A stretch of 62,686 bases of DNA, counting the filler. It is 4 parts of 4 records of this genome, joined end to end, with 100 filler letters (N's around TTAATTAATTAA, not from the genome) between each part and the next. Parts side by side here need not be neighbours in the genome. Positions count along the whole stretch, not along the records: positions 33,268 to 57,480 come from SRR31156797_671; positions 57,581 to 62,686 come from SRR31156797_687; 2 more parts are not named here. The stretch is one strand, 5' to 3'. The notes beneath the pieces are model-generated. The model was given only the letters and a program-made list of their open reading frames with translations, did not search any database and was not told the origin of the DNA. Numbering within the stretch: the first letter of the stretch is position 1; each line of letters opens with the position of its first letter. The position numbers and the translations under genes are program-made. Positions 50,294 to 61,594 of the stretch are shown piece by piece.

Positions 50294-50917
50294 ATTTTCA
50301 AAATCTAGATGTTAAAATTCTTTAATATAGAAGAAAATACAATTTTTTATTCAAGTTATTTAAAAATAATCTCTTTTTTTGTCACCGATTGATATACTGA
50401 GAGTTAAAAAAGAGGAATGTTTCTACAATTTTTGTAGATGATTTCCTCATTTAAGGATTGTATAATCTTTAATAGGTCTTAGTAAGAAATAAGTGTTTTT
50501 TGTAACATTCAGAAAACTTGAACGTTAAAGAAAATTAAACGATTAGATCCCTGTGTGAATAGATTTTGGCATAGAAATCTCTGTAAGAATTGTGAAGTTG
50601 AAACATCTAATTGAATAAGCATGATAACAAGTAAAGAAAAGTTTTTACTCAAAGTAGTACTTGATATTTTTTTTAAACCCAAGGAATTTTCTTTCCAAAA
50701 CCACATTAAAATTGGTGAACAGTTCGCCTTCCGAGAAAAGTATATGGCGGATTCCGTTACAATTTCCCAATAATAGATAAGAATCTTGAATATTGGTGCG
50801 ATTTCAGCTTTTATGGCAGATCCCAAAGTTCACATTCATGCCATAATTTATGGTATGGACAGAGAATTCTTTGTGTAAAATTTAAATAAGAAATAATTAT
50901 CTTTAAATAGAATATCA

Positions 50918-52111
50918 ATGAGAATAGTTGGAAAAGTGAGTATGGTTGTAATGATATTGGCAATATGGTTTTCATTCGCAAGTTGCGATGATGAGTTTGT
51001 TGAAGATCCAAACTCTCCTGAAATCGTAGAGCCTGGAGATGATGATGCAGATGACGATAACGACGGGGAAGATTCTGATGGTGAGAAGGATGAAGGAGAC
51101 GATGATGATTCCAATAATAAGGATGAAGAGACTGGAGATGAGAATAGAACTGTAATAGAGAATATGACTTTTACAGAAACGCTCACTTATTATGGTCATG
51201 AATATGATAGTCTGGTAATTAGAAACTGTACGTTCGAGAATATTACAGGAGAAGGACTAATTTTAGGAGATGTTGACGAGGTAATAGTGGAAGGATGTAC
51301 ATTTAGAAATATTACAGGTAATGCAGTTAGATTTGCAACTACAAGAACATCCAATAATATTAGAGTTGAGGACAACGAAATTTATGATATTGACAATTGT
51401 GGTATACTTACTCAAGAAGGGCATGTAAGCGTTCAGATTTTAAATAATAAAATCTATCGCACAGCCTTAGATCCAGAAAAAGGGCCACATGGAATATACT
51501 TGATTGGAGAGAATTTTCACGTTGAAGGCAATACGATTTACGATATTGGGGAAGGTGCAGCGGCAGGTATAACTTCCAGAACATACGGTACTCTTACTAG
51601 AAATAAAATTTACAATGTAACTGGATCTGGAATAGATTATTCTTGTGATCATCCTGGTTTTAATGGTAGTTTACTAATTGAGAACAATATTATTTACGAT
51701 AATGATCGAAAGGGTATTCATATCATGGGAGGACCGAACGAGTCTCATATTGGTGAAGCCATAATTAGATTTAACACTATTGTAAGTAGTAATGATGAAA
51801 AAACTCTATGGGTGGATTCTGGTTATTATATGGAAGCAAACTTTGAGATTTATGGTAACATTTTAATTAATACTAAAGACTCGGAAAATTGTTTGTTTGT
51901 ATCACCTCAACATCCGGCTGAATATGAGGCTTATAATTTGCTTGATACTGATGATGTTGGTTTTGTTGACTTTCAAGCACGAAATCTACATATTTCTGCT
52001 TCTTCTGATGCGTCGAAATTTAATGTGGAGGCTAAGGATTGCCCAGATATTGATTTTGATGGTAATAACAGATCTAAATCGAGTCAGAATGTTGGTGCTG
52101 ATGAAATTTAA
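50918..52111 (+). CDS. Lipoprotein with right-handed parallel beta-helix repeats
   Basis: Lipobox FASC, acidic linker, repeated N-x-I-Y-D strands, terminal GADE. Confidence 0.82.
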   Translation: MRIVGKVSMVVMILAIWFSFASCDDEFVEDPNSPEIVEPGDDDADDDNDGEDSDGEKDEGDDDDSNNKDEETGDENRTVIENMTFTETLTYYGHEYDSLVIRNCTFENITGEGLILGDVDEVIVEGCTFRNITGNAVRFATTRTSNNIRVEDNEIYDIDNCGILTQEGHVSVQILNNKIYRTALDPEKGPHGIYLIGENFHVEGNTIYDIGEGAAAGITSRTYGTLTRNKIYNVTGSGIDYSCDHPGFNGSLLIENNIIYDNDRKGIHIMGGPNESHIGEAIIRFNTIVSSNDEKTLWVDSGYYMEANFEIYGNILINTKDSENCLFVSPQHPAEYEAYNLLDTDDVGFVDFQARNLHISASSDASKFNVEAKDCPDIDFDGNNRSKSSQNVGADEI

Positions 52112-52144
52112 TATATATAGACAGAAAATGCTAAATTAAAATAT

Positions 52145-52190
52145 AACTAAAAGAAGTTGTCGATTTTTATCGGCAGCTTCTTTTAGTTTT
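52145..52190. terminator. Terminator between convergent genes
   Basis: AACTAAAAGAAGTTGTCGAT/ATCGGCAGCTTCTTTTAGTT. Confidence 0.8.
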
Positions 52191-52228
52191 GACTTACCAA
52201 TATAATAGTGCTTAATTTTTAATTATAT

Positions 52229-53128
52229 TCAGCTACTTAATGTTTTGAGATATTCTTTTAATTTTAGAATCAAATTACTACTAATTTCAGAATCAAATTT
52301 ACGTGCAAATAAATGCTTGCTTTTTACTATAGCCTTAAAGTCTGATTCATCAAGAATGGCAGGAGAGTTGCCATTTTTATACTTCCAATCAATGTGTCTA
52401 AGATTACTATTTACAATTCTATTTTTGAACTTAGAGTTAAGTAGTATGGTCTGAAAAAACATTTCCTCTGAGCAAAAGGTATGTCGGAAACGTCTTAAGA
52501 ATGATGGATTCTTATCAATGTAGGTCAAGATATATGCAATACTGTTTCTGCTTAAGGACCACCATGTACTTCCCCAGTAAAGCGGGGGAAATTTTTTTGA
52601 GTAGGGAATAACAATACTAAATAGGCGTTGAAATTTAACTATTAGAGTGTATATTTTTCTTTCCAAAAAGCTTCCTTTTTCGTTTAGTAAATCATTGGGT
52701 CTATAGAAATGAATTCGACTCATGCCACCATCAAATAATTTATTCGTTGGCATTTTGTAGTACTCTATATACTCAGAATTGTTGTTTGTTTCAAAAAATA
52801 AGCAAATTTCCTCAATTGACTTTATAGGATAACATTGACCACTCAAACAATGAAAATAACTTATTTCAGGAATACTATAGCATTCTTTAATAAGTTCAAG
52901 TATTGCTGCCAAGTGAGAAAATCCTCCCCAGTTAATACATATGGAATTTTCAAGAATACTAACATTGTATCTTGTTTTTAAATTGACAATTGTTTTATGA
53001 TTGGAAAGATTACTTTTTTTGTCAATATGAATAAAAAAATAAGAGTATTCACAATCCAGAGACTCAATTAACTTCTCTAATTGAGTTGGATCTTTATAAG
53101 CAGTTATTAAAAATCCGTGTTTATGCAT
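52229..53128 (-). CDS. Core-2/I-branching (GT14-like) glycosyltransferase
   Basis: HIDKKS, WGGFS, LSGQCYP, GSTWWSL, EEMFFQT, FARKF. Confidence 0.9.
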   Translation of the reverse strand: MHKHGFLITAYKDPTQLEKLIESLDCEYSYFFIHIDKKSNLSNHKTIVNLKTRYNVSILENSICINWGGFSHLAAILELIKECYSIPEISYFHCLSGQCYPIKSIEEICLFFETNNNSEYIEYYKMPTNKLFDGGMSRIHFYRPNDLLNEKGSFLERKIYTLIVKFQRLFSIVIPYSKKFPPLYWGSTWWSLSRNSIAYILTYIDKNPSFLRRFRHTFCSEEMFFQTILLNSKFKNRIVNSNLRHIDWKYKNGNSPAILDESDFKAIVKSKHLFARKFDSEISSNLILKLKEYLKTLSS

Positions 53129-53749
53129 TGTTCAAAATAAAAAATGAATAAGAATTCTTAAGTTATGAGTATTTAATAGATTATAAAAATTTAAGACTAC
53201 TAGCAAATTAAATGATAAGCACTTGATTGCTTTAAACAATATCTTTGAAGATTTGTTACAAATAAAGCAAGTTAAGGTCTTATATTTAGCCAATTTGTTT
53301 AATTTTTCTTATGGATCCGAAACATGTGTTAATCCAGATAAAATCTTAATTCATAAAAGAAACATGTCAAAAAAATGGATTCATGCTTTCCAAGCTTGAT
53401 TTTTATTTAAAATGGTTTGAAATTGTATTACTCGCTCTTGTAATACGTCCCTTTTTTTAACTGTTCGTATTACTAGGTTTTTATATTATTGTACAATAGT
53501 AAGAGTGTTTTTATAACAATTCTTAACTATTCAATTAGCATCATGTTTTGTTTGCCCCAATAAAACAAAATCCACTTATCACATAAATCCCAATTATGTG
53601 ATTGAGGAAACGAAGTTGTGCCCTTACTTAAGTTCAAAAAGGGATATATTCTATTATTTTCCTTCCTTAACCCTCACCTAAATCTTAAATTATTAAAACG
53701 TCATTTTGTAAATGATGCGTTGATTTATGTCTCATTTTATAATATCTAT

Positions 53750-54931
53750 ATGAAAAATGATGTAAAATTTGTGGATTTAAATTCCCAGTATATAAGAATT
53801 AAATCTGAGATCGATTTCGCAATACAATCAGTTTTAAATTCAGGAGAATTTATTAATGGGATTGAGGTAGGTTTATTTGCGAATGAATTGGAAAAATACC
53901 TTAAAGTAAAGCATGTGGTTCCATGTGCAAATGGAACTGATGCATTACAAATTGCACTTATGTCTCTTGAACTAAATAGAGGTGATGAGATAATTGTTCC
54001 ATCTTTTACTTATGTGGCTTGTGCTGAAGTTATTCGATTATTGGGCTATAAACCAGTATTTGTTGAGGTTGATTTCCGAACATTTACAATTAGTATTCCT
54101 GACCTTGTCAAGAAAATTTCACAACGAACTAAAGTCATTATTCCGGTACATCTGTTTGGTCAATGTGCTCAAATGGAGGAAATTTTGAAAATTGTCAAAG
54201 ATTACAATTTATATTGTATTGAAGATACTGCTCAGGCAATAGGGGCTAAATACACAAATTCTAATGGAAATACATATATGGCTGGCAGTATGGGAACATT
54301 TGGAACTACATCGTTCTTTCCATCAAAAAATTTAGGCTGTTATGGTGATGGAGGTGCGCTATTTACCAATGATGATCAACTGGCAAATCGTGCAAGAATG
54401 ATTGCCAATCACGGTCAAAAAGAGAAGTACATTCATGAAATAGTGGGTTGTAATTCTAGATTAGATAGTATACAAGCCGCTGTATTACGTGTAAAGTTGA
54501 AATATTTAAATGAATTTACGAAGGCAAGACAAAAAGTTGCTGAGTTTTATAATAAAGGACTAAAGGATTTAATGGGGATACAAACTCCATTTGTAGAATC
54601 ATATACTTCACATGTTTTTAATCAATACACAATAGTAATTGAACAATCAGAAGATTTTAATGTTGAAGAATTCCGATATCACCTGCGAACAGAAATGAAT
54701 AAAAGGGGTGTGCCAAGTGTGGTTTATTATCCGGTTCCGGTGCATTTACAAGCCGCTTATTTATCTAAGCAATTCTCAAAGAATAGTTTACCCATAACTG
54801 AAAATCTGACAAAATCTGTGCTGTCTTTGCCAATGCATACAGAGATAAATAGGTTAGGAGCAACTAAGGTAGTCAATGCTTTTAATGCTGCTTATAATCA
54901 TTGTAAAGTTGGTGTCAAGATGAAAATATAG
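53750..54931 (+). CDS. DegT/DnrJ/EryC1/StrS aminotransferase (WbpE-like)
   Basis: NGTDAL, EDTAQA, SFFPSKNLGCYGDGG, NSRLD; start moved to ATG 53750. Confidence 0.93.
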   Translation: MKNDVKFVDLNSQYIRIKSEIDFAIQSVLNSGEFINGIEVGLFANELEKYLKVKHVVPCANGTDALQIALMSLELNRGDEIIVPSFTYVACAEVIRLLGYKPVFVEVDFRTFTISIPDLVKKISQRTKVIIPVHLFGQCAQMEEILKIVKDYNLYCIEDTAQAIGAKYTNSNGNTYMAGSMGTFGTTSFFPSKNLGCYGDGGALFTNDDQLANRARMIANHGQKEKYIHEIVGCNSRLDSIQAAVLRVKLKYLNEFTKARQKVAEFYNKGLKDLMGIQTPFVESYTSHVFNQYTIVIEQSEDFNVEEFRYHLRTEMNKRGVPSVVYYPVPVHLQAAYLSKQFSKNSLPITENLTKSVLSLPMHTEINRLGATKVVNAFNAAYNHCKVGVKMKI

Positions 54932-54939
54932 AGGTAATT

Positions 54940-55515
54940 ATGAATTATTATAAACATGAATCATCCGTAATTGATCCGGGTTGCATGATAGGATCAGGCA
55001 CAAAAATCTGGCATTTCAGTCATATAATGAAAGATTGCGTAATTGGCGAAAATTGTAACATTGGACAGAATGTATTTATTGCTAGTGGAGTAGAATTAGG
55101 GAATAATACTAAAGTTCAGAACAATGTATCTATTTATACAGGTGTAATTTGTGAGGATGACGTTTTTTTAGGACCATCAATGGTTTTTACTAATATTATT
55201 AATCCCAGATCTGCAATCGTTAGAAAGAGTGGATATCAAAAAACTATAATACGAAAAGGAGCTAGTATTGGAGCTAATGCAACAATTCTTTGTGGAATTG
55301 AAATAGGAAAATATGCATTTGTAGGTGCTGGTGCAGTGGTAACTAAATCCGTTAAAAATTTTGCCCTTGTTGTTGGAAATCCTTCCAAGCAAATAGGTTG
55401 GATGAGTGAATATGGGCATAGGTTACTATTTAATGGAACAGATCTGGTAAACTGTGTGGAAAGTGGCTGTCAGTACAAATTAGATAATAATGAAGTTTAT
55501 AAGATAGAAATCTAA
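54940..55515 (+). CDS. Hexapeptide N-acetyltransferase (WbpD-like)
   Basis: KIWHFSHI, QNNVSIY, FTNIINPRS, GASIGANAT. Confidence 0.92.
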   Translation: MNYYKHESSVIDPGCMIGSGTKIWHFSHIMKDCVIGENCNIGQNVFIASGVELGNNTKVQNNVSIYTGVICEDDVFLGPSMVFTNIINPRSAIVRKSGYQKTIIRKGASIGANATILCGIEIGKYAFVGAGAVVTKSVKNFALVVGNPSKQIGWMSEYGHRLLFNGTDLVNCVESGCQYKLDNNEVYKIEI

Positions 55516-55533
55516 CTTTTAAGTTAAAGGGAT

Positions 55534-56649
55534 ATGGAGGAGAAGAGGAAAATCCATTTTGGGATTGTTGGGTTAGGACATATAGGTAAGAGGCATTTGG
55601 AAATGATAAGAAACAATAGAGATGCAAAAGTTGTGGTTTGTTGTGATTTATTACCCCCGGAAGAACTGAATGTTTATATTCCAGGAATTTCCTTTTACCG
55701 GGACTATAAACAGCTACTGGAAAATCATCCTGAAATGGATGTTTTAAATATTTGTGTACCTAATGGACTTCATGCTCAAATAGCAATTGATGCCTTGGAT
55801 GCAGGATTTCATGTGGTATGTGAAAAGCCTATGGCATTAAGTAAACAAGAAGCCGAACAAATGCTATACAAATCACTTGAAGTATCACGACACATTTTTG
55901 TTGTAAAACAGAACAGGTATTCACCTCCTGCTATTTGGTTGAAAGATATTATCAATCAAAATTTATTAGGAGATATTTATATCGTACAGATGAATTGCTT
56001 TTGGAACCGTGATCATCGATACTATGTATCGAATTCATGGAGAGGAAAACAATTGGAAGATGGGGGAACTTTGTTTACCCAATTTTCACACTTTATAGAT
56101 ATCATGTATTGGTTGTTTGGTGATATAACAAAAGTGAATGGAATATTCAAAGATTTTAATCATAAATATTTAACAGATTTTGAAGATTCAGGAATTGTCA
56201 GCTTCGAGTTTGTAAACGGAGGTATTGGATGTTTAAATTACTCAACATCTGTTCATAATAAGAATCTGGAAAGTTCTGTAATAGTAATAGGAGAGAAGGG
56301 TACTGTTAAAGTTGCTGGTCAATATATGAACGAAGTGGTGTATTGTGATATTGATAATTACACAATGCCAGAATTAAAACCATCAAATCCACCAATTGAT
56401 TACGGAAACTACAAAGGTTCGGCTCAGAATCACCATTACGTGATTGGGAATGTAGTAAACAAACTGCAAAATAATGGTTCAATTGCCACTAATGCTCTTG
56501 AAGGACTAAAAGTGGTTGACATTATTGAAAGAATTTATCAATTGCGTGATTTACACGAAATAAAGGAACCGATAAACGATAATGTGCAGGTGCACATAAA
56601 TAATGTAAAAACAGAAATACGAAGTAATGGTTTGAACAATCGAATCTGA
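55534..56649 (+). CDS. Gfo/Idh/MocA oxidoreductase (WbpB-like)
   Basis: GLGHIG, PNGLH, CEKPMA, QNRY. Confidence 0.9.
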   Translation: MEEKRKIHFGIVGLGHIGKRHLEMIRNNRDAKVVVCCDLLPPEELNVYIPGISFYRDYKQLLENHPEMDVLNICVPNGLHAQIAIDALDAGFHVVCEKPMALSKQEAEQMLYKSLEVSRHIFVVKQNRYSPPAIWLKDIINQNLLGDIYIVQMNCFWNRDHRYYVSNSWRGKQLEDGGTLFTQFSHFIDIMYWLFGDITKVNGIFKDFNHKYLTDFEDSGIVSFEFVNGGIGCLNYSTSVHNKNLESSVIVIGEKGTVKVAGQYMNEVVYCDIDNYTMPELKPSNPPIDYGNYKGSAQNHHYVIGNVVNKLQNNGSIATNALEGLKVVDIIERIYQLRDLHEIKEPINDNVQVHINNVKTEIRSNGLNNRI

Positions 56650-56697
56650 GTTTATGCAACTAAGGGATTTTTTTGATTAGAGGAGGACGGAGTTATT

Positions 56698-57480
56698 ATG
56701 AAAGAGATAAAAATTGCAATTCTGGGTTTAGGATATGTTGGCTTGCCATTGGCAATTGAGTTTGGAAAAAGGTATCCAACATTGGGATATGATATCAATT
56801 CAAAACGGGTAAATGATCTTAAGAAAGGGAAAGATTGGAGAAAAGACTTTGGTGGAGATAAAATAACATCTTCTAAGTTCTTGGAACTTTCCGATAACAC
56901 CAAAGATCTGGGATTTTGTAATGTTTTTATTGTTACTGTGCCTACTCCATTAAATAAAAACAAACATCCAGATTTAAGTCCTTTAATTAATGCCTCAATT
57001 AGCATTTCACAAGTCCTAAAGAAAGGTGATGTGGTTATTTACGAGTCTACGGTATATCCAGGAGCAACTGAAGAAGATTGTGTTCCGGTTTTGGAACGCT
57101 ATAGCGGATTAAAGTTCAATAAAGACTTTTTCTGTGGTTATTCTCCTGAAAGAATAAATCCTGGGGATAAGGTACATACATTAACAACGATAAAGAAAAT
57201 AACATCCGGTTCTACTCCAAAAACTCGGGATTTTGTTGATAATTTGTATCAATCGATTATTCCTGCCGGAACCTTTAAAGCATCGTCAATTAGGGTGGCA
57301 GAAGCTGCAAAAGTGATTGAAAATGCACAGAGAGATATTAATATCGCATTTGTAAATGAACTTGCTGTTATTTTCAATCGTTTAGAAATAGATACAAATG
57401 AAATTCTAGAAGCCGCTTCAACAAAATGGAATTTTCTGCCATTTAAACCAGGTTTAGTTGGAGGACACTGTATTGGTGTT
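56698..57480 (+). CDS. Nucleotide-sugar dehydrogenase (WbpA/WbpO/TviB-like), 3' truncated
   Basis: [34 protein letters not shown]. Confidence 0.93.
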
Positions 57481-57580
57481 NNNNNNNNNNNNNNNNNNNN
57501 NNNNNNNNNNNNNNNNNNNNNNNNTTAATTAATTAANNNNNNNNNNNNNNNNNNNNNNNNNNNNNNNNNNNNNNNNNNNN
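57481..57580. other. Artificial contig spacer
   Basis: N-run with TTAATTAATTAA linker. Confidence 0.99.
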
Positions 57581-59141
57581 CTGCTGTTGCTGCTTCAACT
57601 GCTGCATTTAAAGATAAAATATTTGTTTGGAATGCTATCTGGTCAATAACTGAAATTGCTTCATTAATCGAATTAACTTTTGAATCAATATCTTCCATTG
57701 CAGAAACTGTACTTGTTGCTAACTCTTCACCATGATTTGCAGATTTAGTTACATTGTGAGATAAACTTGCCATTTTTGCAATATTTTGTGTATTGCTTCT
57801 AATATTACCCGTAATTTCTTCTAATGCTGCTGCTGTTTCCTCTAACGATGATGCTGCTTCTGCTGCACTTTCATTCATTACTTTTACATTTGAAAGTAAA
57901 ATCTCTGAACTGTCATCTAGAGTTAAACCATTTGATTTATTTTCAACTAACATTGAAGTTATTGACTCACCTAAACTATTTACGCCATTTGCAAGTTTTA
58001 ATAAATCCTTTTTTATTCCACTAGTATTGACTTTATCCATATAATTAAAATTTGAGTATTTTTCTAATACATCTAAAATACCATCAATATTATGTTCTAA
58101 ATTATCTGCCATTTTATTTAACACATTTTTTAATTGCATCATTGCAGGATTTGAAACATCTAAATGTAATCTTTGGCATAAATCTCCTTGCTCAAATTCA
58201 CTTAATACATTTACTGTTTCATCTATTAGTGCCCTATCCTCTTGGATACCAGCTTTTGTTTTTTCGATATTTCTATTGATAAGTCTTGACATATGTCCAA
58301 ACTCATCTGTACAAACAATTTTTTTAATCTCTACATCATCGCTTTCTCTATTTAAATAAGCAAAGAAACTTTCAAGTCCATCATTAATAAACTCAACTTT
58401 TAATACAATCTCTTTTGTCATCATATAAAAAATGAAAAATAACACAGCTAAAATACAAAGAATAATAATGGCAGCTTTTATTGCTGAATTAAAAAACTCT
58501 TCTTTTATGTCATCAACATATATTCCTGTACCAATAACCCAACCCCAAGGTGTAAACTCTTTTACATAAGATAGCTTTTCATACATCTGTTTTGTTTGCC
58601 CACCATCTTCTGTTGGTTTTGTCCATAAATAATCAATATATCCTTCATTACTTTTATTTGTAACTTCAACAAAAGCTTGAAAAATATTCATATTATCAAC
58701 AGGTTTAACTTCATCTTTATTTTTTCCAAATTCTAAGGCAATAGCTCTGTTAAAATTCGAAGAATCCATTGTTTTACCATTTAATGATTCTGATATTGGA
58801 TGCATAATCATAAGGGGATAAGGTGCTTGATTATCATTTATCCAAACATAATTATCTACATCATACCTAAGGTTTCTAATCTCATTCGTTGCATTATTTT
58901 TTGCATCTTCTTCAGAAAGTTTACCACTTTTAAAATCATCATAAGAAGCCTTAACTATACTATACGATAACTCAACTATATTTTGAAGTTTTACTCTCTT
59001 TTCATTCATCATTACTTTCTCTTGTCTAACAAGAAAGGTTATAGATAAAATAAGCATAGAGATAAAAGTTACAACTGCAATAAGTAACATTTTTTTGAAA
59101 ACTTTCAAATGTCCAAATAGTTTTCTCCATAGCTCATACAT
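57581..59141 (-). CDS. Cache-domain methyl-accepting chemotaxis protein (3' truncated)
   Basis: YVWIND, MIMHP, KLSYV, WGWVIGTGIYVDD; IAFQTNILSLNAAVEAATA. Confidence 0.93.
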
Positions 59142-59476
59142 AAACTCTCCTTTTACTTATAATTATTATTAAAATTAATTATCATTATCCAAATATTAAA
59201 TTAAAAAGTAATTAAAATTGAATAAAAATAACTTAAAAATTATCGATATTTGTGTATAAAAATTATTTGATTTATTAGAAAAAAACATTAATAAATATAT
59301 ATATTATATTATAGTTATTTAAGTGATTTCTTTATTTTTTTTTAGAATAAAGTATAACTTTTACTTATTCTAAAAATAATTATAACTGCAAGTTGTCTCA
59401 TTTTGTGTTGCAATAAGAACAAAAATAATTGATTTTTATCTAAATTAATTAAAAAAAATATTTCTACGACAGATTA

Positions 59477-59758
59477 TTATTTATACAATTTTGTAGATAT
59501 TTCTTTTCCAACATATGATGTTGTTTTTATAGCACTTAATATTTCATTTAAAGAAGTAGACTCATCATAAACTACTGTAACTTTTTTTGTATTAAGTTTT
59601 ACGCTAACTTTTTCTATTCCATCAACTTTTTTAATAGCTTTTTTAACAGCTGTAGTACATAATGGGCAATGCATACCTGCTACTTCTATAACTGAAATAT
59701 TTGATGCAGCAAATACTGAAGAGATTGCAAAGAGTGAAGAGATTAATATTTTTTTCAT
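59477..59758 (-). CDS. Periplasmic heavy-metal-binding protein (MerP-like HMA)
   Basis: Signal peptide plus GMHCPLC. Confidence 0.9.
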   Translation of the reverse strand: MKKILISSLFAISSVFAASNISVIEVAGMHCPLCTTAVKKAIKKVDGIEKVSVKLNTKKVTVVYDESTSLNEILSAIKTTSYVGKEISTKLYK

Positions 59759-59761
59759 TTT

Positions 59762-60088
59762 CTAGTCCATAAAATAAGGTATTATTTCTGGATACAAAAG
59801 AAGCAATAAAAGTAAAATAAACATAAAAGTAAAAAAAATCATATTTTTAATTAACTCTTTTGTTGTACAATGACACAATATTCTACTTTTGTACCTTTTA
59901 ATTCCATAAATAAATAGTACTATTGTCAAAATAGCAAGGGGAACTCTAATATAACCTAAGTTAGTAAAAAAAGTTAAAACTCCACTTGATATTCCAAAAA
60001 ATATAAATAAAAATGCTGGTAAACAGCATAATGTTGATAATAGAGCAGTAACAACTGCCCCTATTATCGGTAAATTTTCTTTTTTCAT
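59762..60088 (-). CDS. MerT-like metal transporter
   Basis: Three TM, STLCCLP Cys pair, cytoplasmic CHC. Confidence 0.82.
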   Translation of the reverse strand: MKKENLPIIGAVVTALLSTLCCLPAFLFIFFGISSGVLTFFTNLGYIRVPLAILTIVLFIYGIKRYKSRILCHCTTKELIKNMIFFTFMFILLLLLLLYPEIIPYFMD

Positions 60089-61179
60089 TATCTCTCTTGA
60101 GAAGTATAAGAATATGCAAAACTTTTTGGATCGTAATAGTTTTGTGCATCCTCTCCAACTTCTGCATAAGGGTAACCTAACATATTTAATGGATATTGTG
60201 CTGGTTTTGGATTTAATACAAAATCTCTAGCATAATTGAATGCTACCCAGTTCATTTCCCAGTTTCCAAACATAAAGTTTTTAGTTTGAATAGTTTTTTC
60301 AGATTCGTTAGTTAATTTTTCACCTAATCTTACTTTTGTAACATCAGCAGGATCAGCTGGAACCCAACCTAAACCACTAATAAAGAACTCTGATCTACAA
60401 TGTTGTCCACCAGTAATTTTTGCAAATCCATTATCATCTGCTTTTCCACAAACTTTAGAGATTTTTGATTTACCTGCTCTAATACCAAATACTTCTCTTG
60501 CTGGAATATTTGCATTTCTTAAAAGTGCAACAAAAACAGAACTAATATCTGTACATTTTCCACCATAGATTTGCTCTTCAATTGCTTTACCAGCATCTCC
60601 AAGTCCACAACCTATAACACTGTTGTCTCTGTACATTGTAGTAACTGTCCAATCATAAATTGCTTGTGCTTTTTCTAATGGTGTTTTTGCATCTTTTGTA
60701 ATCTCTTTAGCTAATGCAGTAATTTTTTCTGTAACAGGAATGTGTTTTGTAGGTTCTAAGAACACTTTTACATCATCACTATATGTTTCTTTACCATCTG
60801 CTTTTGATAAATCAAGACTTTTTTGATTTGTAATAATTTCAAAAGTAATGTTTAATACTCTTTCTTTATCACTTTTTGGCCATTTTACATAAAGAACTTT
60901 TGTATTATAAGGATTAGCAACAATTTCTGCTTTTTCATAGTTACCATCAAATTTAACATCAACTAATTCTTGATATTTAGAAGTTAACGGAACTGGAACC
61001 CAAAGTTGAGTTACTTCATTGCTTGCTTCAAGTTTGAAATCATTTTTAATAGTGAATTTTCTAAATCCATCTTTAATACCAAAAGGGTTTGATTCTGTTT
61101 TTGCAAATGAAAAACTAGGATTTACCAACATAGCTGTTGATATTACTGCTGTACTTTTAAGGAAGTTTCTTCTTTCCAT
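60088..61179 (-). CDS. Tat-exported transglutaminase-like protein
   Basis: RRNFLK; putative triad GKCTD / QHCR / WVPADPAD. Confidence 0.88.
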   Translation of the reverse strand: MERRNFLKSTAVISTAMLVNPSFSFAKTESNPFGIKDGFRKFTIKNDFKLEASNEVTQLWVPVPLTSKYQELVDVKFDGNYEKAEIVANPYNTKVLYVKWPKSDKERVLNITFEIITNQKSLDLSKADGKETYSDDVKVFLEPTKHIPVTEKITALAKEITKDAKTPLEKAQAIYDWTVTTMYRDNSVIGCGLGDAGKAIEEQIYGGKCTDISSVFVALLRNANIPAREVFGIRAGKSKISKVCGKADDNGFAKITGGQHCRSEFFISGLGWVPADPADVTKVRLGEKLTNESEKTIQTKNFMFGNWEMNWVAFNYARDFVLNPKPAQYPLNMLGYPYAEVGEDAQNYYDPKSFAYSYTSQER

Positions 61180-61594
61180 ATTTACTCCAAATTGTTTATT
61201 GAAGCATATTTAGTCATAAAACTGATTAATATCTAATTATGTCCGACCTAAACCTTAGGCGAATGCTTATTATTTATTAATGTAACTATATATAATTTTT
61301 TATAAATTTTGACTTAACTAGTAAAATATATTTTACCATTATTTAAATAATATGTTTTTTTGTAGCCACCACAAAATCATATAAATATGCAAATTCTGAA
61401 TATTATTACTTACCTATTTTTCCTAAAGTCAAGAAATTTAGTAAAGTATATTTTACTTAATAATTAATCTGTGTTTAACAATATTAAATGTAAAATGAAT
61501 AAAAACATTAACCTATGGAATAGGTGTACATAATTATGTTTAAAAATATTTAAACTCTTATTTCACTTATCTACCATTAAACTTAGGATTAATA

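Noticed and set aside
50350-50917. Short ORFs upstream of the beta-helix lipoprotein
   Set aside because: No family features; likely intergenic noise
53750-57480. Wbp-like sugar cluster as a novelty
   Set aside because: Ordinary di-N-acetylated uronic acid pathway for surface polysaccharide
14965-57580. Three repeated TTAATTAATTAA motifs in N-runs, and apparent gene neighbourhoods across them
   Set aside because: Artificial contig linkers; flanking segments differ in composition and apparent taxon, so cross-spacer linkage is meaningless
59477-60088. Mercury resistance operon
   Set aside because: No merA or merR on the contig; only MerT/MerP-like folds
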